The notes beneath the pieces were generated by a model. The model was given only the letters and a program-made list of their open reading frames with translations, was not told the DNA's origin and ran no database searches. 64,000 nucleotides of DNA from Malacoraja senta (Eukaryota): assembly GCA_038087875.1 (NCBI GenBank), contig CM075994.1, positions 6,512,001 to 6,576,000 on the forward strand. The letters run 5' to 3'. Positions 25,801 to 38,117 of this stretch are shown here, piece by piece. Each line of letters begins with the position of its first letter. Within the stretch, counting starts at the first letter, position 1. The translations under genes were made by a program, and so were the position numbers.

Positions 25801-28800
25801 TGTGCACGTAGGCACAAACAACATCGGGAAGAAGAGGAAGGAGGTTCTCCAACATGAGTTCAGAGAGTTCGGAAGAAGACGGAAATGCCGGACTTCTAGG
25901 GTGGTTATCTCTGGATTGCTTCCAGTACCTCATGCTAGTGAGGACAGGAACAGGGAGATAGGAGATCTGCATGTGTGGCTGAGGGGCTGGAACAGGGAGC
26001 AAGGATTTAGATTTATAGACTACTGGGATCTCTTCTGGGGTAGGGGTGACCTGTACAAAAGGGACCGACATTCTGACAGGCAGGTTTGCTAGGTCTACAC
26101 GTGTGGGTTTAAACTAAATAGTGGAGGGGAGCGATTGACAAATTGGGAGTATAAAGATGGAGTTGAAGGGGAAGTGGCTACAGGAAAAATTACAAAAGAT
26201 TCTCGAATTAATGGGAAGGAAAGCTCGAGAAGGGACAACAGAGGAAGGTCAGGGCCATTTGCGAGCGGTGCGAGGGGGGAAATGAATACGGAGGTCAAAG
26301 TGCTGTATATGAATGCGCGAAGTATAAGGAATAAAGTGGACGAGCTTGAGGCTCAGTTAGAAACTGGCAACTATGATGTGGGAATTACTGAGACATGGCT
26401 GCAAGAGGGCCAGGGCTGGGAACTGAATATTCAAGGGTATACCACCTATCGAAAAGACAGACAGGTGGGCAGAGGGGGTGGGGTTGCTCGGTTGGTGAGG
26501 AATGAAATTCAGTTCCTTGCAAGGGGTGGACATTGAAACAGGAGATGTGGAGTCAGTATGGATAGAACTAAGGAATTGTAAGGGTAAATTACCCTAATGG
26601 GACAAATCTACAGGCCCCCAAACAGTAGCCTGAACATAGAGCGCAAGTTGAATCAGGAGTTAAAATTGGCATGTAGCAAAAGTAATGCTGTGGTTGTTAT
26701 GGGAGATTTCAACATGCAGGCAGACTGGGAAAATCAGGTTGGTACTGGACCCCAAAAAAGGAAATTTGTAGAGTGCCTTTGTGATGGATTCTTAGAACAG
26801 CTTGTATTGGAGCCTACCAGGGAGAAGGCAATTCTGGATTTAGTGTTATGTAATGAACCGGATTTGTTAAAGGACCTCGAGGTTAATGAGCCATTAGGAG
26901 GCAGTGACCATAACATGGTCAGGTTTAATCTACAATTGGAGAGGGAGAAGGTAGATCGGAGGTGTCAGTGTTGCAGTTGATTAAAGGGGACTATGGGGCC
27001 ATGAGGGAGGAGCTGCCCAAAGTTGACTGGAAAGATACACTAGCAGGGATGACAGTGGAACAAAAATGGCAGGTATTTCTTGGAATAATACAGAAGGTGC
27101 AGGATCAGTTCATTCCTAGGAGGAAGAAAGATTCCAAGGCGAGAAAGGGGCGACTATGGCTGACAAGGGACGTCAGGGACAGTATAAAAATTAAAGCGAA
27201 GAAGTACAACATAGCAAATATCAGCGGGAAGCAAGAGGATTGGGTAATGTTTAAAGATCAACAGAAGATAACCAAAAAGACTATACGGGGAGAAAAGATG
27301 AGGTATGAAGGTAAGCTAGTCAAGAATATAAAGCAGGATATTAAAAGCTTCTTTCGGTATGTGAAGAGGAAAAAATTAGTTAAGACCAAAGTTAGACCCT
27401 TGAAGACAGAAAAAGGTGAATTTATTATGGGGAACAGGGAAATGGCACATGAGTTGAACAGGTACTTTGAATCTGTCTTCACTAAGGAGGACACAAACAA
27501 TCTTCCTGATATAGTAATAGCCAGAGGATCTGGGGTGATGGAGGAAATGAAGGAAATCTGCATTAGGCAGGAAATGGTGTTGGATAGACTGATGGGACTG
27601 AAGGCAGATAAATCCCCAGGGCCTGATGGTCTGCATCCCAGGGTACTTAAGGAAGTGGCTCTAGAAATCGTGGATGCATTGGTGATAATTATCCAATGTT
27701 CTATAGACTCAGTATCAGTTACTGTGGATTGGAGGGTAGCTAATGTTATCCCAATTTTTAAGAAAGGCGGGATAGAGAAAACAGGGAATTATAGACCAGT
27801 TAGCCTGACATCGGTGGTTGGGAAGATGCTGGAGTCAATTATAAAAGATGAAATAGCCGAACATTTGGATAGCAGTAACAGGATCAGTCCGAGTCAGCAT
27901 GGATTTATGAAGGGGAAATCATGCTTGACTAATCTTCTGGAATTTTTTGAAGTAACTAGGAAAATGGACAAGGGAGAGCCAGTGGATGTCATGTACCTAG
28001 ACTTTCAGAAAGCACTTGATAAGGTCCCACATAGATTAGCGGGCAAAATTAGGGCACATGGTATAGGGGGTAGAGTGCTGACATGGATAGAGAAGTGGTT
28101 GGCAGACAGGAAACAAAGAGTAGTGATTAACGAGTCCCGTTCAGAATGGCAGGCATGACTAGTGGGGTATTGCAAGGCTTGGTGCTGGGATCGCAGCTAT
28201 TTACAATATACATCAATGATTTGGATGAAGGGATTCAAAGTCACATTAGCAAATTTGCAGATGACAAAGCTGGGTGGCAGTGTAAACTGTGAGGATGCCA
28301 TGGGAATGCAGGGTGACTTGGACAGGTTGGGGGAGTGGGCAGACGCATGGCAGATGAAGTTTTATGCGGATAAATGTGAGGTTATCCACTTTGGTAGCAA
28401 AAACAGGAAGGCAGATTATTATCTAAATGGCGTCAAGTTGGGAAAAGGGGAAGTACAACGGGATCTGGGGGTCCTTGTTCATCAGTCTATGAAAGTAAGC
28501 ATGCACGTACAGCAGGCAGTGAAGAAAGCAAATGGCATGTTGGTCTTTATAACAAGAGGAATCGAATATAGGAGCAAAGAGGTCCTTCTGCAGTTGCACA
28601 CAGCCCTAGTGAGACCACACCTGGAGTATTGTGTGCAGTTTTGGTCCCCTAATTTGAGGAAGGACATTCTTTCTATTGAGGGGAGTGCAGCGTAGGTTTG
28701 TTTACAAGGTTAATTCCCGGGATGGCGGGACTGTCATATACTGAGAGAATGGAGCAGCTGGGCTTGTACCCTCTGGAGTTTAGAAGGATGAGAGGGGATC

Positions 28801-31800
28801 CCATTGAAACATACAAGATTGTTAAGGGTTTGGACATACTAGAGGCAGGAAGCATCTTCCCGATGTTGGGGGAGTCCACAACCAGGGATCACAGTTTAAG
28901 AATAAGGAGTAAGCCATTTAGAACGGAGACGAGGAAACACTTTTTCTCACAGAGAGTGGTGAGTCTGTGGAATTCTCTGCCTCAGAGGGCGGTGGAGGCA
29001 GGTTCTCTGGATGCTTTCAAGAGAGAGCTAGACAGGGCTCTTAAAAATAACGGTCAGGAGATATGGGGAGAAGGCAGGAACGGGGTACTGATTGGGGATG
29101 ATCAGCCATGATCACATTGAATGGCAGTGCGGCTCGTAGGGCCGAATGACCTACTCCTGCACCTATTGTCTATTGTCTATTACCTCTTTAATAATTGACT
29201 CCAGCATCTTTCCCACCACTGAAGTCAGGCTAACTGGTCTGTAATTCTGTTTCCTCTCTCGCTCCTTTCTTGAAAAGTGAGATAAGATTAGCTATCCTCC
29301 AATCCACAGGAACTGATCCTGAATCTATTGAACATTGGAAAATGATCACCAATGCATCCACTATTTCTAAGCCACCTCCCTGATGACCCTGGGATGCAGT
29401 CCATCAGGCCCAGGGGATTTATCATCCTTCAGTCCCATTAGCCTACCCAATACTATTTCTCGCCTAATGAAAATTTCTTTCAGTTCCTCGACCCCCTTAG
29501 ATCCTCTGTCCTCCAGTACTTCTGGGAGATTGTTTGTGTTTTCCTTAGTGAAGACAGATCCTAAGTACCTGTTCAACTTCTGCCATTTCCTTGTTGCCCA
29601 TAATAATTTCACCCGTGTCTGCCTTCAAGGGACCCACATTTGACTTTGCTACTCTTTTTCCCTTAACATATCTAAAGAAGCTTTTACTGTCCTTCTTTAT
29701 ATTCCTGGCCAGCTTCCCTTCGTCCTTCATCTTTTCAGCCCGTATTGCCCGTTTTGTTTCCTTCTGTTGTCCTATGAAAGTTTCCCAATCCTCTGGCTTC
29801 CGGCTACTCTTTGCTGTGTTATACATCTTTTCTTTTAGTTTTATTCTATCCCTAACTTCTCTTGTCAGCCACGGTTGCCTCCTACTCCCCTTAGAATCTT
29901 TCTTCCTTTTTGGAATGAAATGATCCTGCGTCTTCCGGATTATGCCCAGAAATTCCTGCCATTGCTGTTCCACTGTCATTCCTACTAGTATCCCTTTCAA
30001 GTCTACCTTGGCCAGCTGCTCTCTCATGCCTTCATAATCTCACATCTCCAGCTGCCTGTGTGAAAGTGAACCTTCCCAGCAGCTGTGTTTGCTACTGGAA
30101 TAAAAAGACAATTCCCCTGGCCGATAATTACACACAAGCTCTGCATCTACACCTTACTCAGACGTGTCTGATAAATGTCAGTTTTATTTAACAGAATGAA
30201 TTGCAGATGCAAGTTTACTAAAGAGACAGAATGTATTGAAGTAATTAAGAGGCTCAGTCAGCATCTGTACAGAACATGGAATTGTTTTGTTTCAAAAGTA
30301 GACACAAAATTCTGGAGTAACTCAGCGGGACAGGCAGCATCTCTGGAGAGAAGGAATGGGTGACGTATCGGGTCGAGACCCTTCTGACCGAAGTTAAGGG
30401 AGAGGAAGATACCGAGATATGGAAGTGCAAGGTGTGAAAACGAGACAAAGGGGATGGAGTTCAAGGAAAATGTAGCAGAGATCATTGTTAGCTGGGAGGA
30501 AGTAACAACAAAGCAAACAAGAGATAAAATGTAATCCCATTCTGAATCCGACCTCGCGGTCCTGGGCCTCCTCCATGGGCAGAGTGAGCACCACTGGAAA
30601 TTGGAGGAGCAGCACCTCCTATTCCGCTTGGGCAGTCTGCACCCAGATACAGATAGGTACAAGTCCAGGTGAGGTACAGAGAAAAGATGGTGGGGGGTGG
30701 TCGAGAAGCTGCAGGAAGATGGGGTGGGGGAGGGAGGGAGAAGATATGCGTGTGTGTGTGTGTGTGTGTGTGTGGGGGGGGGGGAGATTATGTTAGTTTT
30801 AAAAGCACAGAGCACTCTATATTTTTACCGTCAGTTTGTAAGCTACTTAATGGCATCAGATTTTTCTGTTATCATTGTGTTAAACACAAAGGGGTGATGG
30901 AACGTTTCAAAGGCCGGGGCAGCATCTGTCACTGACAACGATTCAGCTTGAACCTTGACTTCTCCAATTTCCGGTAGCCCTTGGTGTCTCCTCCCCTTCT
31001 CAGCTCTCCCTAAGCCCTCCGGCTCCTCTCCTTCCATTCTTCTTCCTGCCCCCTCCACCCCCCCCCCACCCTACATCAGTCTGAAGAAGGGTTTTGGCCC
31101 AAAACGTTGCCTATTTCCTTCACTCCATAGATGCTGCCTCACCCGCTGAGTTTCTCCAGGACTTTTGTCTACCTAAAATCGGAGACAGTCAAACTGGTCG
31201 GAGAACTGCAAAGGGGAGGGATGTAGAGAGAGTGAAAGGAAAGGTTACATGAAGTTAGACAAGTCAATATTCATACCGCTGGGGTGTAAGCTGCCCAAAT
31301 GAAATATGAGGTGCTGTTCCTCCTATTTGTGCTTGGCCTCATATTATCATTGGAGGAGGCCCAGGACAGAAGTTTCAGTGTGAGAATGGGAGGGAGACTT
31401 AAAGAAGACTTAAATTGATCGCCGAGCCTTCGCTTGGTCTCGCTGATGTACAGGACTCCACACCTGATACTGCGTATACGGTAGATGAGGTTGGAGGAGA
31501 TGCGAGTGAACCTCTGCCTCACCTGAAAAGACTGTCTAGGTCTTGGGATGGAGTCGGAGGGTGGAGGTATAGGGACAGGTGTTGCATATGCTGCGGTTGC
31601 AGGCAGTTGAGTAGGGTACGATCTGCAGAAAGCGGAAAGGGGTGAGATGGGAAGTTGTGGCTAGTGGTGGGATTCAATCTCCACCCAACGCAAGTGAGAG
31701 GCAGATACCAGCGAGAGGATTGTTTTGATAGGCCAATTGTTGGAATAATGCCAAGGATGAAAAGACAAAAGGTGTGAGATAAGGATGGAAGGGGTGAGAA

Positions 31801-34800
31801 TTGTGAAGCCAGAGGTAGTGATATCCGTGGAGGTTGTGGTAGAGGGGAGAAATGGAAACAAGTCCAGGTGAGGTACAGGGTAAAGATGGTGGGGGGTGGT
31901 CGAGAAGCTGCAGGAAGATGGGATGGGGGAGGGAGGGAGAAGATGTGTGTGTGTGGGGGGGGAGATTATGTTAGTTTTAAAAACACAGAGCACTCTATAT
32001 TTTTACCGTCAGTTTGTAAGCTACTCCGCTTAATGGCATCAGATATTTCTGTTATCATTGTGCTAAACACAAAGGGGTGATGGAACGTTTCAAAGGCTGG
32101 GGCAGCATCTGTCACTGACAACGATTCGGTAACAACACTCGCCCTGCAAATAGTAAACACATGGTGATAAATTGAGCATGTAATTGTTGTTACATTACAA
32201 ATCCACACAGAGTTTCAGTCAAGAGTATGTCCTACCTGCTCTTCCGACCAGCTTCATCCTGCAATAAATAAAACACAAATCTGAATTCATTGAGGTAAAG
32301 AAATGCAAAATGCCAGCATATATATATAAAACACAAAGTGCTGGAACATGGCGTAGCAGGCAGAATTTCATGAGGGTGTGGATTGGTGACGCTTCAGTTC
32401 GGCCCCCTCCTGTACATCCTCGAGACCAAGCGTAGACTAAGTGACCCAGATCTGCGGAACATCCCGGTTGCTAAATATTTCAACTCCACTTCACATTTCC
32501 ATATTGTTCTTCCAGGCCTCGGCCTCCTCCATTGACCGAGTGAGGTCGCACGCAAAATGGAGAATCAGCACCTCATATTCCACTCAGGTAGTTTACAACA
32601 CAGCAAAATGAACATTGAAATCTCCAATTTAAGGTAATACCATGTCTCCCCCCCTTTACCCCATCTCTTACATGTGCCCAGCCAAATGAGCTTCCACTTT
32701 TCGCACTAGACCGCTCTCTTACCCATTTCCCCAGATCCCTTTCACCTCTCCAATCCTCCATCTGGCTTAGCATATCACTCCTCTCTTCTTAACTGACCCC
32801 CTTTTCTATGCTTTTCATCTCTGGCCTATGTCCACCCAACTGCCAGGCAAACCTCCCTCGCCTGTATCCTTTACCTGTCATGAGGCTTTGTCAAACTCCA
32901 TCGCTTTTCTAGCTCCCCACCCATCCCAACAACAATCTGAAGAAGGGTACCGACCCAAAACGTCACCCATCCAAAGTACCCACAGGTGTTGCCGAACCCG
33001 CCGAGTTGCTCCAGCACTTGCTTTTTTTTCTGAATTTATTGGGACTGATGGTTCACATCACAACAGAAACAATTCCATAGAACTTTAGGAGCAGCTGAAA
33101 ATTCCCATTTCCCAACTCTGACCCCTGCTGACACGGATTGAGGATATTACACAGACGAACAAAGAACCAAGGGATAATGTGTAAGGAGTGTCAGTGAAAA
33201 ATCTTCCATTGATCGGAGGATCTAGCTTACTTGCACTCTGCACACTTCATTAATTTTTTTGGCTAATGAAAGGAAAATTAACGGAATTTAATATTATCTT
33301 CAATTAATACGGGTGTCAGAGGATGGGGAGAAAGCAGGAGAATGGGGTTAGGACAGGTAGATCAGCCACGATTGAATGGCGGAGTATTTTAAAATCAGCT
33401 TCTAAAGCCTTCAACGCCGACAACGGGGACGGATTTCACGCACGGGACAGGTAAAGGAAAGCCGTTTATTTTATGTATAAAAGTGCTCCTTAAGATGCCT
33501 TTAATTCACATTTTAAGTTGCGAAACGGTGATTTTTTTCCCCGAACGAACCGGCAGTATTTTTCATGCCGAAACGGGTTTAAATTCACCGCAACGGAAAC
33601 GTTCAAAATGAACGCGTTCCAGAAAAACCCACTTGCAAGATGATTTAAATAGCCATTAATTTACAGGTATTAAACATTAAATTCCTTCCATTTGGCCTAT
33701 AAATCCATGACAATGAGATTTAAAAATGTTGTTATATTGTGAATTCTTGCGTGAATGTTATTTGGACACTTAGGCTATTTAAAAATGTTAATCTATTCTT
33801 ATGAAATTGATATATGTTTAGATCTAGTAATTGAATTTTGTAATTAGCTACAATTAGGTAACTAACTAATTATATGCTTTAATTTCATGTCATCTAAGTT
33901 TCATATTTGTTTCAAAATGCTTCAATCTATAATAACTGAAAATTTCTTTCAGTTCTCTTAATTTTTAAGAAAGTTATGGGCTTTTGACTGTCCTCGATCA
34001 CAGCTTTTGTGTTAAGTCAATGGAAAAGCAATAGGGAACAAGATGCTAATTTCCGAGTATGAAAATGGCCATAACTTTTTTAATACTGAAGATATGAAAG
34101 TGAATTAGGTGTCAAATTAAATGCCTTTTTATGCTTTATCTGATGGGATAAATTACAGACTTGATTTTTAAAATCTCAAAATTTGGTAACATTGCTACTT
34201 TAAAGGAACCTGTGTTATGGCGCCTCACCTTCAGAAATAGCACGCTGTCTTTTTGATCCATTCTTTCCTGTAACTCTCCGAGCTCCCGCTGAACATCATT
34301 TAAATTGTTTTGAATCTCCGTCAGCTTTATCTTCATTTCATTTACAATCTTCTTCTTTTCTTCCTGCAGATCTCTGAGTAAGCGGTTTTCTTTCTCTGAG
34401 AGGATCTGGTGCAGTTTAACAAACCAGGCTTTGAAGTGAGACTTAAGGTTGCGTGACTCTTCCTGTCAAATGGAAGATAAAGATTAATATATCAAGTTGT
34501 GGTATTGTCTTTCCTTAAGCCATGGAAGGTGACCATTTCACTCAACCATTCATGGAGCACTGTAATAGGCCTTCGGTCAACAACGTCCAGGGTGGCTTTT
34601 GTACTTATCTGTCGGTCCATTTTACCTGCATTTCACTTTGCACGTTTTTGCCTTGGGAATTGGAGAGCTTGCCGCGGTGATTTCTTATTTGTTATTTGTG
34701 AAATATGATAATCCCATTAATCGCATTCTCACAATTAAATGCCCTGCTGTCAATACCCATGTCGTGCCCATTAGTTCCCACTCATTTGCCCAGCACTAAC

Positions 34801-36068
34801 TTTCACCAGGATAATTTACAGTTGCCGATTGACCATCTAACCGGTGTGTCTTTGGGATATGGTAGGAATCTGACGGGGTCACAGGGAGAATGCGTGAACT
34901 GCACAGTGAGAACCCGATATCACGATAGGGCCAGGTCACCAAAACCAGGAAACAGAAGCACTGCTTCGTGTCACAGAGTTATACACCACAGAAGCAGGCC
35001 GATCGGCCCAGCGGGCCAGTGCCGACCAATATGCCGCATCTAAATATTTCCACCTGGCCCAGAGCTCCCCAAACCTTGCCTATCCATGTATCTGTCCAAA
35101 TGTCTTTAAATTATTGCTCTCGCATCGAACTCAACTATCTCCTCTGGCAGCTCGTTCCATATACCCAATACACTCTGCGTGAAAATATTGTCCTCAGGTT
35201 CGTATCACCTCTCACATTTAACCTACCCGGAGTGTCTACTCCCTTTATAAGGGTAATAGATTCTGTGTCTTGGCCATAATTATATCTCTCATGACCACAA
35301 TACCATAACATCTCTGTAATCTTCCTGCACCCCAAGATTTAAAGTTATTGGCTGCCCAATCTCGCTCTGCAGCTCAGGTCCTCGCCTCTGAGCTATAGAG
35401 GGCTGGCCTGTTGTTATTCGCATCACAGGTAATGAATGTAAATAAGATCAGGAAATCGAAACTGGAAAGCCTCACCTGAACTCCAGATATCTTTAGTTTC
35501 TGTTGCTGCTCCAGGAGCTGGATCTCTGATTCATTTTTTGTGAGAGATTCTAAGGAAGATTTCACCTGATTCTGGGAAATGGGTTTAGATCAGAGAATAA
35601 AATGTCAGATAATAAACAAGGAATTGAATGATGAAGTGATCAAAATCGGTTTGCTTTTACCTTATAAATTTCTACAGCTTCTTCTATCACCATGAAGCTG
35701 TGAGACTTGTGTTCCCGCGTAGCTGCACAAATCACACAGATCAGTTTCTTGTCAGTTTCACAAAACAGCTTCAGTTCCTCCTGATGTTCCTCGCAGTGAG
35801 GTTTGCGTTCCTCTATCCGATACAGGCTGTGATTTCGAGCTTTATCAGCCAGTCTCGCCAAGGCCCAACTAACCCTGAGGGTGCGCTCTTCAAACACCTC
35901 TCCACATTCCGGGCAGGAGTTTCTCTCCGCCCTGTCCCAAAACCGTGTGATACAGGAGCGACAGAAGTTGTGCCCACACTCCAGTATAACCGGGTCGGTG
36001 AAGAAATCCAGGCAGATGGGACAAACTGCCTCCTCGGTCCAACTCTCGACCATGTCTTTCGAAGCCAT
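22353..36068 (-). CDS. TRIM gene copy B: intact RING-B-box-coiled-coil-PRY/SPRY E3 ligase (TRIM39/RFP/A33-like, 471-477 aa)
   Basis: Exons 36068-35661, 35571-35476, 34462-34229, 32258-32236, 32143-32007 (or -32025), 22888-22353; GT-AG, no stops. Confidence 0.9.
23416..30036 (-). mobile_element. 5'-truncated CR1 LINE (23416-24745 and 29182-30036) split by a second CR1
   Basis: RT motifs YLDFQKAFDKVPH, GVPQGSVLGP, KFADD; absent from paralogous introns near 38745 and 52985. Confidence 0.9.
24746..29181 (+). mobile_element. Near full-length decayed CR1 LINE (repeated 5'UTR, ORF1 zinc finger plus SGNH esterase, ORF2 APE plus RT)
   Basis: CEAC..CGKC; VVGDS, HVGTN; YMNARS, GDFN, SDH; RT; (CTATTGT)n tail; several frameshifts. 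Confidence 0.92.
30650..30945 (-). pseudogene. Partial duplicate of TRIM B exon 5 and flanking intron
   Basis: ESLSVTDAAPAFETFHHPFVFNTMITE, near-identical to 31855-32127 but lacking the exon 5' end and acceptor. Confidence 0.8.
30946..31173 (+). mobile_element. Penelope 3' fragment with mutated hammerhead (31081-31108)
   Basis: CTGAAGAAGGGTTTTGGCCCAAAACGTT plus family body. Confidence 0.7.
31175..31670 (-). mobile_element. Decayed Penelope GIY-YIG fragment (paralogues about 39020-39910 and 53265-53750)
   Basis: RFTRISSNLIY..LYISETKRRLGD. Confidence 0.8.
32007..32143 (-). CDS. TRIM B exon 5 (donor at 32007 or 32025)
   Basis: ttgcag|G GCG AGT..; both donors are in frame. Confidence 0.8.
32236..32258 (-). 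CDS. TRIM B exon 4 (23 bp)
   Basis: cag|GATGAAGCTGGTCGGAAGAGCAG|gtagga. Confidence 0.82.
32310..33030 (+). mobile_element. Old Penelope fragment in intron 3, shared by copies B, C (about 40510-41220) and D (about 54470-54770)
   Basis: Decayed ETKRRL..HF..LGLLH GIY-YIG tail and mutated hammerhead at 32937-32964. Confidence 0.65.
33388..34199. mobile_element. AT-rich DNA-transposon fragment, Kolobok-like, one end only
   Basis: Absent from copies C and D; right end reads TTAA|AGTAGC on the minus strand (TTAA target, purine-purine terminus). Confidence 0.45.
34229..34462 (-). CDS. TRIM B exon 3
   Basis: EESRNLKSHFKAWF...DSVLFLK, 234 bp. Confidence 0.88.
35476..35571 (-). CDS. TRIM B exon 2
   Basis: NQVKSSLESL...ISGVQ, 96 bp. 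Confidence 0.88.
35661..36068 (-). CDS. TRIM B exon 1 (RING plus B-box)
   Basis: MASKDMVESWTEEAVCPICLDFF..; all zinc ligands present. Confidence 0.93.
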
Positions 36069-36127
36069 TTAAACTCCTCCTCTTCCTGGTTCATAATGTT
36101 TTCACTGACGTGCAGCTGCTGAATATG

Positions 36128-36370
36128 GGCGGTCACGGTGGCGCAGCTGTAGAGTTGCTGTCTTACAGCGAATGCAACGCTGGAGACACGGGTTCGATGC
36201 TTACAACGGGTCCTGTCTGTATGGAGTTTGTGCGTTCTCCCCGTTCTGCGTGGGGGTTTCTCCGAGATCTTTGGTTGTAAGAATAGTGTTATTGTGCGGG
36301 GTCGGTTCTGTCCCGGTGGGACGAAGGACCTGTTTTCGCGCTGTATCTATCAACTCATCTAAACTAAACG
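36128..36370 (+). mobile_element. tRNA-derived SINE about 60 bp upstream of the TRIM B start (same site in copy C, 45658-46945)
   Basis: A and B boxes, family body and tail. Confidence 0.8.
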
Positions 36371-37581
36371 AAACCCCTCAAGTGTTCAGTGTGAAGGTGT
36401 CCTGGCCACTTCCAACTAATTTCCACGAAGGAGGGTCAGTTAGACATTAAACTGAGAAAGGGGCATTAAACAGAGAAAGGGGTTTGGGAAAGCCTCGGGT
36501 GTCACCTGAGGAGGCGTTTAATCTGTTGGGCAGTGGAACCCGCCGTTCAAAGCTTGGGTTCAGGATGGACGGGGACCTCCCTCCAGCCTTATTTTAATTC
36601 ACAATAGTGCACCTGTCTCTCATGCAGCAATCTATGTTTACGTGTATTGTTTAAGGATATTATATGACCCTTTAATTATATTTTCTCCTTGATAACAATA
36701 CTGAAAAATATGAATTCCATAGTTTGCGACTTTCATTTCGCATCATATTTTTAACGTGTACACACAACACAGTCGAACAGTAACAGGCAATCAAATCAAC
36801 ACACAAAACATTTTCTAAAAAAGGTTTTATTTACAGCAAAAACTTACAGTATTTTATTTGCAGTGTTTGCATGCTCCTTTATAATATTTTACATAACATT
36901 TTACAGTACAACTTGATTATTAAAACAAGGACAGCTTCAATTCTTGATTTAAAAAAATGTGTACAACAATGACCCCAATCATCCCATTCCAACCACTCAT
37001 TACTCTTGACAACCAAAATTATTTCTGAAATATTAGTCATAAATTTGGTGCAAAACTGCTCCAAAATAAGGCTCAGAATGCACCAGAGAGCATCTAAAAC
37101 ATCAGAGCCGCAAGGATCTTTGAGCTTCACGCTTGTGATATGCACTGTGTACACTTATTTCACATAAAAGTTTTGTAATCCTGCCATGCCACCCCCCCTT
37201 TTTGAAAAGCTTCGTACGGGCCTGGTGTGTCATATTTTTGACACTGTCATAGGCCTTTCTTACATATGATGTAAGACGGCATATAACGCGCTGTAATCTC
37301 TAATTTTCCTTGCCCTCCATTTCAGAATAATACTGTTTTAAGCCGACAACTCGACACTAGCACTGGCAATACATAAAAAGTGCAGCTTTCCAGCCCATAT
37401 CTCATTGGCCACGCTCAGATGCACATCGGGTCAATCAGGTGGACTCTTCCATCTTCCTCTCATCGTGGGGGTGGGTGATTGGGAGGGGCCTCACAAGTGG
37501 GACAGCCTCGGGCCTCTATTCATCTAAATCCGGCCCTGCCCTGAGCCCCGCTCCAGACACCGGTCCGGGAACCCGACCCTT

Positions 37582-38117
37582 TTACACACCCGGACCGGTA
37601 CCGGAACATATTCTCAGCCACTGGTTTTCATGGCAAGTCGCGAAGTAAGGATAAAGTTTCTCCGTGAATTTATTCCCAGTGAAGGTGTGGAGACGGGTCT
37701 TGGTGTCCGCGTCGTAAAATGAAACTGTTCCGGACTCATAACTGAGATAAACTCCCACCCTTCCTGGGATGGGACGGGCAGGGAGACGGGATGGAGGAGA
37801 GGTGAGTGCATCAAACCTGTCACCCCCCCACTGCCCGATGCTCCAGACTCCAGTCTCCGGGGTCAGTGTGACCGGTCCCTTCCTCTCCACGGACTCTGCG
37901 GCGATTCCCAGAATCCACCACTGACTCCCCGCCACATCCACTTCCCAGTAATGTCTCTCCGATGTGAATCCCTCCGATCCTAGCACACATGGACTGCCTG
38001 TAAACCTCTTCCCGGTGTCCGGGAGACTCCTCCAGTTCCCGGTCAGTCTCACCCTCTTCCGATCCTCTGACACCTCGACCTCCGGATGCGCTGTTTCCAC
38101 ATCCAGGGTGACGGAGA
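37582..38117 (-). CDS. TRIM C exon 6 (PRY-SPRY/B30.2)
   Basis: Same 536-bp exon as copy B. Confidence 0.93.

Noticed and set aside
35700..36122. Antisense ORFs over TRIM exon 1 (also 19162-19551 and 45229-45651) and over LINE RT regions
   Set aside because: Shadow frames of the real coding strand; their similarity follows from paralogy
36680..37224. Complete DNA transposon between copies B and C
   Set aside because: Only one hAT-like end (CAGGCCCGTACG, minus strand at 37224) is visible; no partner TIR or TSD found
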